This document shows, one piece after another, positions 1-10,900 of a DNA stretch of 64,000 nt (position 1 is the first letter of the stretch; each line of letters begins with the position of its first letter). The notes beneath the pieces are model-generated. The model was not told the origin of the DNA, searched no databases, and saw nothing but the letters and a program-made list of their open reading frames with translations. A program made the translations under genes and the position numbers. The stretch comes from Leucoraja ocellata (taxonomy: Eukaryota): positions 4,464,001 to 4,528,000 of the forward strand of contig JAWMAR010000070.1 of assembly GCA_036785375.1 (NCBI GenBank), given 5' to 3'.

Positions 1-1770
1 GACATGGCAGACCAATTGAATAACTACTTTGGTTCTGTCTTCTCTAAGGAAGACATAAATAATCTGCCGGAAATCGCAGGGGATCAGGGGTCAAATGAGT
101 TGGAGGAACTGAGTGAAATCCAGGTTAGCCGGAACGTGGAGTTAGGTAAATTGAATGGATTAAAGGCCGATAAATCCCCAGGGCCAGATAGGCTGCATCC
201 CAGAGTACTTAAGGAAGTAGCCCCAGAAATAGTGGATGCATTAGTGATAATTTTTCAAAACTCTTTAGATTCTGGTAGTTCTTGAGGATTGGAGGGTAGC
301 TAATGTAACCCCAATTTTTAAAAAGGGAGGGAGAGATAAAACGGGGAATTACAAACCAGTTAGTCTAACGTCGGTAGTGGGGAAACTGCTAGAATCAGTT
401 ATTAAAGATGGGATAGCAGCGCATTTGGAAAGTGGTGAAATCATTGGACAAAGTCAGCATGGTTTTACGAAAAGAAAATCATGTCTGACGAATCTTATAG
501 AATTTTTCGAGGATGTAATTAGTAGAGTGGATAAGGGAGAACCAGTGGATGTGTTATATCTGGACTTTCAGAAGGTTTTCGAAAAGGTCCCACATAAGAG
601 ATTAGTATACAAACTTAAAGCACACGGTTTGGGGGTTCAGTATTGATGTGGATAGAGAACTGGCAGACAAGAAGCAAAGAGTAGTAGTAAACGGGTCCTT
701 TTCACAATGGCAGGCAGTGACTAGTGGGGTACCGCAAGGCTCAGTTCTGGGACCCCAGCTATTTACGATATATATTAATGATTTGGAGGAGGGAATTGAA
801 TGCAACATCTCCAAGTTTGCGGATGACACGAAGCTTGGGGGGCGGGGGGGGGGGGGGGGGGGGGGCAGTGTTATATGTGAGGAGGATGCTAGGAGGCTGC
901 AAGGTGACTTGGATAGGCTGGGTGAGTGGGCAAATGCATGGCAGATGCAATTTAATGTGGATAAATGTGAAGTTATCCACTTTGATGGCAAAACAGGAAA
1001 GTAGACTTATAATCTGAATGGTGGCCGATTAGGAAAGGGGGAGATGCAACGAGACCTGGGTGTCATGGTACTCCAGTCATTAAACGTAGACATGCAGGTG
1101 CAGCAGGCAGTGAAGAAGGCGAATGGTATGTTAGCATTCATAGCAAAAGGATTTAAGTATAAGAGCAGGAAGGTTCAACTGCAGTTGTACAGGGTCTTGG
1201 TGAGACCACGCCTGGAGTATTGCGTACAGTTTTGGTCTCCTAATCTGAGGAAATATATTCTTGCCATAGAGGGAGCACAGAGAAGGTTCACCAGACTGAT
1301 TCCTGGGATGTCAGGACTTTCATATGAAGAAACACTGGATAGACTCGGTTTGTACTCGCTAGAATTTAGAAGATTGAGGGGGGATCTTATAGAAACTTAC
1401 AACATTCTTAAGGGGTTGGACAGGCTAGATGCAGGAATATTGTTCCCGATGTTCGGGAAGTCCAGAACAAGGGGTCACAGTTTAAGCATAAGGGGGAAAT
1501 ATTTTAGGACTGAGATGAGGAAATCATTTTTCACATAGAGAGTGGTGAATCTCTGGAATTCTCTGCCGCAGAAGGTATTCGAGGCCAGTTCATTGGCTAT
1601 ATTTAAGAGGGAGTTAGATGTGGCCCTTGTGGCTAAAGGGATCAGGGGGTATGGAGAGAAGGCAGGTACAGGATACTGAGTTGGATGATCAGCCATGATC
1701 ATATTGAATGGCGATGCAGGCTCTAAGGGCCGAATGGCCTAGTCCTGCACCTATTTTCTATGTTTCTATG
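1..1770 (+). mobile_element. CR1-clade LINE, decayed ORF2 RT plus 3' end with (TTTCTATG)n tail
   Basis: [29 protein letters not shown] motifs; frameshifts, stops and an internal poly-G. Lies in the post-TM intron of gene A. Confidence 0.95.
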
Positions 1771-1819
1771 GCCTAATTCTGCTCCTATAATTCATGAACA
1801 TGATGACAGTAAAACCTAC

Positions 1820-1910
1820 CTTAGAGTCTCTTGTGAACACCGCGGTTGAGATACTCCAGATCACAAGCAGGAGAAAGAACATCCAGCGCCCCACTTCCCA
1901 TGAGATGTAA
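1820..1910 (-). CDS. Gene A TM exon SYISWEVGRWMFFLLLVIWSISTAVFTRDSK
   Basis: 91 nt, phase 2-0; hydrophobic helix with E and R near its N-terminus; donor GTAGGT. Confidence 0.88.
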
Positions 1911-4900
1911 CTGGGCAAAGGTCAAGAAATACAGAGTCAATGGGAGGAAACGAGACGGTTAATCTTTGAAGCATTTACCTGTTATTTGCTTCATAATCTT
2001 GGTGAAGTGAAGCGGGGCGAAGCGGCAGCGTCAGTGGAGACCATCTTTGTAAAATAACATGTGTTGGACTGGGAGGGGGGGGGGGGGGGACAACAGATGA
2101 TCACCAATTGTTGACCTCATTGCTGGGGCATGACTATAAGACTGGGAATGAGAGACTACGCGGTTAAATGGATTCAGAGAAGACAGATAAATAAGATGAG
2201 TTGGGGCAGTGAATACAAAACAGATGGACACAAAATGTTGGAGAAAAAAAGCGGGAGAGGCAGCATCTCTCTGGAGAGAAGGAATGCGTGAAGTTCCGGG
2301 TCGAGACCCTTCTTCAGACTGAGAGTCACGGGAGAGGGAAACTGTGGATGTGGAAGGATGCAAAGAACAGTGTGATACCATGGAAGAAAGAAAATGCAGC
2401 TGCAAGGAAGTTTATAATAAAATCCATTTGGATAGGCAGGAATAATAAAAACGGATCAATTCCAATAATGGATGGGAGATGGGCAATAAAAATTCTTCAC
2501 AGATTCAGCCACTCTCCTGTACACATGGGGCAATTTACAACTGGCTCATCTTTGGGAGCTGGGAGGAAACTGGAGCACTTGAATGAAACCAACACAATTA
2601 AAGGCAAAACATGCAGACCACGCACAGACAGCTCCTAATGAACCAATGTCGTGGCGTTGTGAGACTGTGGCTCAACACTCTCACGCATTTAATGCCAGTT
2701 TCTCCCAATTAAAGCATTCCCCAATCAAAACACCAGCAAATAGTACATTGTGACTTTCATTGGAAACAGAGCATTTTACCTTGCAGAGTAATTGGATGGT
2801 ATCGAATTTTCACAATAATATTCAAGACCTGTTGGAACAGGGTAATACAAGTCAGTTTCACTGCTTTTCACTTGCAGTTTAACAAGTAGCTATGGTTTTC
2901 CGATGCAAGGAGTTGATAGGCTTAACAGACAGGGCAATGCTTCTTCTGTGTGATTTGCAGCAAATGGGAGATGTTATCATGACAAGCAAGCGTGCTGGTA
3001 ACAACTCTGGCTCCAGGTGTAGATGGCACGGTGGCGCAGCGGTAGAGTTGCTGCCTTACAGCCAGAGGCACGGGTTCGATCCTGACCACAGATGCTGTCT
3101 GCACGGAATTTGTACCTCCTCCCTGTGACCGCGTGGGGTTTCTACAAGTGCTCCAGTTTCCCCACAGTCTGAACTCTTGCAAGTGTGTTGGTTAATTGGC
3201 TTCTGTAAATTTTCCCCATGGAACTAGTGTACTGGTGATTACTGGACGTTGTGTACTCAGTGGGACGAAGAACCTGCTTCCACGATGTATCCACAAATTA
3301 ATCAAAAGGGTCCAATTTCACTTGAGAGGAGTATTGCTTGGGATGAAACATTACAGTGATGGGGAGGGGTTGGATAGAGGTTTTATAAAATTCCATGCAG
3401 AACAGGTGAGGAAGGGGGGACCTATTACAGGTGTGCAAAACTATGAGCAGCATAGACAGGGTATTTTTGGAACATTTTACAAGACAGATATGTGTAAAAG
3501 TGGAGAACATATGGGTAAGTTAAGGAGCAGGATGTTTGAAGGGTATAAATAAATATTTTTAAACCGAGAAGATAGAGGTACCTGAATTGCCTCAATGGAC
3601 GAGGTGCTGGTAAGTGGGATGAGTATTGATAGTACTGAATGGTCAACATTAACACAGTGACCCAAATGCGATACCGTCGTCTAGGAGTTAACTGTGGCCA
3701 CATTTACTGATAATTTCTGATCCCTTCACATATTTGAGTGTCGGTCATGTGGAGATGATGGAAAGTGAAAATGCTTGGACTGATGTCACTGCAAACCTAG
3801 TTTAAAGCTGTGTAAACATAAGAGGCAGTTCTAGCCGGGAAGCTGGTCTACACCAGCACTGGGAAATCTATTTATGGAGCCCAGCAACCAAGTATTGACA
3901 AATGGGCCATAATTCCATCATTTTAATCTTGATAACGTAATTAAATAACGTGCATGGATTTCAGGGTGTCGTGGGTTATTGGGAGAAGGCAGGAGAATGG
4001 GGTGAAGAGGGGAAGATAGATCAGCCATGATTGAATGGTCTATTTCTGTTTCTATCACATGTGATTTTATGAACCACCCCACCGCACTTCCCCTTCTTCT
4101 CCCCATTCCCTCCACTACTTACCAGTGCCGTTGACTTTCACCAGGAAACTACAGGGCACGTCACTGCTGGAGATGGACACGTTGACCATTTCACTGGATT
4201 TTGATCCATGTTGATTTGAGGCTGTGCAATAATATTGATGGTGCTGGTGTTTGAAGGATTGACAATGTAGATCCAGGGCATTGTTGTCTGAGATCTTTGA
4301 ATCCCCAGATGGGGTCTTTTCATACCAGCTGTAGTTAATGGGAAGGGATCCCCGGACCGACTCACAGGACACTGTCACTGAGCCCCCGAGACAAGAGACA
4401 TTGGCTGGTGACAGACACCCAAGCACAGGAACAGACACGGGTTCTGTGGGAAAGGAGAAAACAGTCAGACACTGAGTGAACATCTGAAAATCAAACACTC
4501 GCCAATATCCACCATCTCTGTATCTTCGCCAGAGCCGCCAGGTTGGAATCTGACCCATCCATCTACTTAGAGTCATAGAGGCATATAGTGTAGAAGCAGG
4601 CCAACATGTCCATCCACACTAGTTCCACCTGCCCTTGCTTAGCCCATAAGCTTCCAAACGGAAGAGACTGTGCATTTACTCGATCTATTCGTCGCGTGAT
4701 TTTGTAGCTGCCGTAAGATCATCCCTCATCCTCCTGCTCTCCCAGAAATAAAGTCCTAGTCCGCTCAATCCCTCCCTGGAGTTCAGGCACTCAAGTCATG
4801 GCAGCATCATTGTAAATCTTTTCTGCACCCAATCTTACTTGATAGCATCTTTCCTATAACATGGTGATGAATACTGACCACAGGGCGGACAAATCATCAG

Positions 4901-7900
4901 ACAATCTTCGATTCTCTTTTACATTTCAGGAATTGCCAGCAGGAAAAAGGGAGCATTGTTTATATAACTGTCGGACCCATCCCATCTACATAGATTCGTA
5001 GAGTCATACAGTAGAAACCTCGGCCTAACTTGCCCGCGCTGACCAACACGCCCAATCTACACTAGTTCCACCTGTCCTTTCTTGGCCCTTAACCCTCTAA
5101 ACATATCCTATTCATGTAACTGTCCAATATTTTCTGAAATGTTACGTTAGTACCGGCCATAACTACTTCCGTCAGCATTTCGTTTCATGGACCTACCAAC
5201 CTTTGTGTAAACACGTTACTCGCCAGGTTCCTGTTAAATCATTCCCGCCTGATATGAAAACTATGTCCTCTGGTTCCCGATTCCCCTACTCTGGGCAAAA
5301 GACTGTGTATTTACTCGATCTATTCCTCGCGTGATTTTTGTGATTTAAAATATATATATATATATATTTTTATTAGAATCAATGTACAGTAGTATAAACC
5401 GTGTTTTACATATTACATTTAGTGTAAAACTTCTTGTTTTTAATTTATTAATAGAAAAGTAACAGAAGCAAAACAGAGAAGGAGAGAGAAAGTTAAGTAG
5501 TGATATTGATAGTTCGTGAAAGAATAGATAGAAAGAACCCGTAAGGTTATAAAGCCGCAAAAAAACCGTGACCCCCCCCCCCAAAAAAATAAATACATAA
5601 ATTAGTAAATAGAAATAAAATATAGAAAATAAAATAAAATAATAAGGAAACAAAACAGAAAAAGAATAAAAGGGAGAAGGGATATACCTGCTTCATGTCT
5701 TTCCACACCCCTCACCCAGTTCTGAAACAGTTAATGTCCAGGGATATGTTGGACCATGTACTTGGAATGTCGATAAAAGGAGACCAAATCTTTAGGAATT
5801 GGTCTGCTTTACATGCTAGGACGAATCTCCTATCTTCGAGGTGTAACATTTCAGACATGCTTGAAATCCACATTTGGGTTCGTTGTTCAAGAATTTGAGT
5901 ATACGTTTTTTTGCTGTTATCAAGCCATGGTTAAGGAGAGAATTTTGGAACGAAATCACCTTAGAGCCGGCTTCCATTGTTCCAAAAATAATCAATTCAG
6001 TGTTGGGGTCCAATTCTATTTTAAACTCGCAGGATTTTTTTACCTGCTAATAAAATCACCACTCATCCTCCTGCGCTCCAAGGAATAAAGACCTAATCTG
6101 CTCAACCCCTCCCTGTATACCAAGCCCTGAAGTCATCGCAACATCCTTGTAAATCATCTCTGCTCCTTCTCCTCACAATCCAATTACCAGATTTAGACAT
6201 CTCTGTGTCTCTCCATCCTCCCAGCCGCCAGAACTACCATATCTGCCACTGTACCAGTACACAGCAGCACCATCTCCCTTTGTTTTACAATTCCAGCATC
6301 TGCAGTTAATCTTCTTTTAATCTGAAACTCTGCTTTTAATCTGAACATTCAAACACCTCATTAGTGCAACAGTATCAATTTTTTTTTAATTTCCTTGCAT
6401 AAAATTGTTGATGGTGATACTGTTGCACTAATGAGGTGTGTGAATGGCGGTATTGTAGAATAGTGTGTAGGGAGCGAATGGGGAAGTGGAATAATATAGA
6501 ACTAGTGTGACCGGTGATCGCTAGTTGGCGAGGATTGGGTGGGCCGAAGGATCCGTTTCCATGTTACATTTGTAAACTATTACTAAATATCCAGGTGAAC
6601 ATTTTTCTGTAAACTCTACAAACCGTTCACATCTTTCGTTTAATAAAGCGGCGACCAGAACTGTGCACCAGACTCTCACCTAACAAATGTTTTCCCGTTG
6701 CCAAAGTGTGGACATGAAGTCACTCATTGAGAAACCTACCTTCAGATACTTGGAGATGTACTTTAAATGTTGGTTCGCCAAGTGTAGTAATTCCACATCT
6801 GTACCATCCTGTATCTCCAGAGTGAAGATCCTCCACAGTCACAGTAAATATTCCTCGTGCCGGGTTATCTGTGATTGACACTCTTCGGCTCTGTCCATGT
6901 TTCCCATTTGTTTCCACTACATGTGTACACTGGCGACTTGTCCCACGGCACCAGTATTTTGTGTGTGAGCGGTACACTGCTGCATAGTGACAATCGATTG
7001 AGATCGCTCTTCCCACAATCCCTCGCACTTCGCTCTCAGCCCACAGTGCACCTGCAACTGAAGGAAAAATCTTTCATAAATTGAAGAGCAAAATTAGCCT
7101 TTCACAAACATACACATTAGAGTATAATGTACAGGGGAGTCTGCCCACTCAATTTCTTAACTCTGTTGAATTCCACCTAGATTGCGATGAGAGACAGATA
7201 CTATACACCGTCCCTCACCATCTGCACAGGTCGTTCCAAAGCGCTTCCCAGCCAATGTGGGTGTGAATGGTGAAGAATGATGTATTGAACACGGAGCCTC
7301 TTGCAATTGGAAGGCGCTGTCTAGGGAGTCTTGGTCAGTTGCTGCAGTGCATCGTGCAGATGGTGCAAACTGCTGCTGCTCTGCACCAGCGGGCGAGGTT
7401 GAGGATGGGGTGTCTATCATGCGCGACTCTGGAACATGACAAACCAAACACAAGTGTTCGGCGAAATTGTAGCCTAGGCCAGTGCTTCTTAAACTGATGA
7501 ATGGTTCACCCAAGGGCGAATAAAATTATTTTGGGGTAAATTAGTTAATTTATGTTTTTTGCTCATGTGACAAAATCAATTATCTATAAAATTATGCACA
7601 AAGGAAAATGCGATGATAATAACCAAAAGAACATAAGAACATTTAGTGGAGGGTTAATTAAATCTTGTATAAAGACTCAAGGGTGAATGACACTGTAATA
7701 GTTTAAGAAGAACTGGCCTTGTATAAAATTGGTCTCGCTGATGTAAACCATTCACACTCTCTTCTGGTCTTCCAACTGAGCGTCTCCACACCTACAGGGA
7801 CGTTCTTTTCAAAATTATCTTTGACAAAAGTAAGGGTTATACTTGATGGAGTGACGGCCAAGTAGATTCCAATTTAATTTTGTGAGATTACTGGAGTTTT

Positions 7901-10900
7901 ACACAAATTAACAGAACATGATCATGAAATTGTACATCCTTGGTTATAACTGATGATGGATCCAAACAGAATGAATTTGGTTTCTTTCTCTGTCTCAAAG
8001 TGCGGCAGCCAGAAAATAATTTTGATGGAATGCACTGAACCCGCAGGTATTTCTCTCATTTGCTGAAATTTCTCACCACCTCCCAGGTGAAAGCAACAGG
8101 CAATCATTTACCAGTCCCCCAAACAAACTCTCGCATTTTACACCATGAGCTCCCGGTGGCTGCAATGATGCCGTCTGCAAATAACAAGAAATCCATGAAC
8201 ATCACCTCAAAGCGAATAGCAGCAGGTTCAGGGACACGAGAAGAACACACACCTGCATTGTTGATTTCTGTCACATAACTGCACGTCCCTGCTCCTTTGA
8301 AGACTTTCACGTTGAGTATTTCACTGGATTTTGTCCCACGATTATTTGAGGCTGTGCAGTAATATTGACGGTGTTGACCTTCGAGGATTTCACAACTCAG
8401 ATCCAGTTGATTGCCAGACACGGTAGTTGAAACCCAATGCTCGTTATTTTCAAACCATGTGTAATGGATGGGAAGGGATCCACGGACAGACTCACACGAC
8501 ACTGACACTGAGCCTCCGAGATGTGAGGCATTTGCTGGTGACACATATCTGAGCACAGGAGCAGACATGGGTTCTGTGGGAATGGAGCAAACATTCAGTC
8601 ACCTGTATGAACAGTTAAAAACCAAACACGTGCTAAATCTCAGCAGCCCTTTATCTCAGCCCGAACCGTCCGGTTGACATCTCACCGGCTCATCTACATC
8701 TCTGTGAGTGTGCGAAGCCCAGAAACTGAAGAAGGTTAGAGTTATAGAGAACCGAAAGATGCCCATCACAACAGCTCATTCATGCCGACCAACATGTCTT
8801 TCTGGACCATTTCCATATGTCCACGTTTCTCCCTTATCACTCGCAATGATCCCAATCTACGCAAATATCAAAAAAATATTTTAAATGCTGCTATTCTAAC
8901 TGCCTTAACACCTTCCCCTGGCAGCAGGTTCCATATAAATATCACCCAATGTGTGGAAAATGTTGTCCCTCAGAACATATGTTGGGATGTTACGTCCCTT
9001 TAAGATAGACACAAAATGCAGGAGTAACTCGGCGGATTAGGCAGCATCTTTCGAGAGAAGGAATGGGTGACGTTTCGAATCGTGACCCTTCTTCAGCCTG
9101 AGAACCATGAGAAAGGGAGACAGAAGAGAAATGGAAGGGTACGGTGTGAAAACAAGTGATCAAAGGTGAAAATGTTTTAAAAAATGTAGAATGGATCATT
9201 GTCAGCTGAAGGGAAGGCATAGAATCAGTAAAATATAATCTGGAGGGCAGTGAAAATAATTGGAGGCTTCGGATGGGGCGGGATGGAGACAGGAGTAAAG
9301 CAAGGGTTACTTGAAGTTAGAGAAGTCAATATTCAAACCGCTGGGTTGTAAGCTGCCCAAGCGAAATATGAGGTACTGTTCCTCCAATTTGCTTTTGGCC
9401 TCACTCTGCAGGGGAGGAGGTCCGGGACAGAAAGATCAGTTTGGGAATGGGAGGGTGAATAAAGGTGTTTTGCAATCGGGATGTAGCGTAGGCCGAGGAA
9501 CACTGTGCGGAATTGTTCAGCGAAACGATCGCCGAGCCTGCGTTGGGTCTCCCATCTACTGTATCCGCTTGTTCACACCTGGAACAGCGGAAATAGTAGA
9601 GGAGGTTAGAAGAGATGCAAATGAACCTCTGACTCACCCGGAAATACTGTTGGAACCTTGGACGGAGTAGAAGCGGGATATATAGGGACTGGTGTTGCAT
9701 CTCCTGCAGTTGTAGGGGAAGGTATCTGGGGACGGGGTGGGAAAGGACGAGTTGACCAGTGAGTTGCGGAGTCTGTCGGGTTATTAGTTTGAGTCGGAAT
9801 GCAAACCTCTGACAGGGTGACATTTCATACAGTTCAGAGGCAGGGAAATGTGTTGAGCATCCCACTTGAAGTGGGTGGCCGCTCAGTGGAACAGAGCCCG
9901 CACTGGGTGAGAGCAACATGAGTGGGGTTTCCCGACCCCCGCCCGTTCCCCGCAGGTCTCTGCACTGCTGCGGAGCCTCGGGATATCGGTGCTGCCCTGA
10001 CCCTTCCCGGAGAGAACATAGATAAGGCATTTCAGTGGAGACGTCAAGTCAATCGCTGCGAAACGTACCGTCAGATACTTGGAGATGTACGTTAAATATT
10101 GGACGGTCGCCAGGTGTAGTAATTCCACAGCTGTACCATCCTGTATCTTCAGAGTGAAGATCCTCCACAGTCACAGCAAATATTCTTAGTGCGGGTATAT
10201 CTGTGATTGACACTCTTCCACTCCGTCCGTTTTGCCCATTTGTTTCCACTGAAACTCTACATGGGCGATTCCTCCCACGGCACCAGTATTTTGTGCGTGA
10301 GCGGTACGCTGCTGCATAGTGACAATCGATTGTGATCGCTCTTCCCACAACCCCTCTTACATCCCTCTCTGCCCACACTGCATCTGAAACTGAGGGGAGA
10401 AACTTTCAGATCAACCACAGATCAAACAACACTTGTTCCTCTGTGGAGCGAAGGAAATAGGCAACGTTTCGGGCCGAAACCCTTCTTCAGTCTGAAGAAG
10501 GGTTTCGGCCCGAAACGTTGCCTATTTCCTTCGCTCCATAGATGCTGCTGCACCCGCTGAGTTTCTCCAGCTTTTCTGTGTAACCTTCGATTCTCCAGCA
10601 TCTGCAGTTCCCTCTTAAACACTTGTTCCTCACCGGGATTATTAGTTTTGAGTCTGAATGCAAATTTCTGACGGGTGACATTTCATACAGTTCAGAGGAA
10701 GGGCAATGCGCTGAGTATTCCACTTGAAGTGAAAAGTGAAGTTAAATCCCACTTTTCAAGAAAGGAGCGAGAGAAAACGGGAAATTACAGAGCAGTTAGC
10801 CTGACTTCGGTGCGGGAAAGATGCCGGAGTCAATTATTAAAGAGGTAATAATGGGGTATTTGAATAGCAGTAAAATAATTAGTCCAAGTCAGCATGGATT

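Noticed and set aside
4-1538. Active reverse transcriptase gene
   Set aside because: Multiple frameshifts and stops; a decayed CR1. The same applies to 18160-20245 and 60972-61787.
3025-3095. tRNA-like sequence with A and B boxes
   Set aside because: Head of a repeated SINE; no complete cloverleaf, and it continues into the SINE body.
9401-10030. 209-aa novel protein ORF
   Set aside because: Intron sequence fused by chance to a decayed Penelope endonuclease; truncated in the B paralogue.
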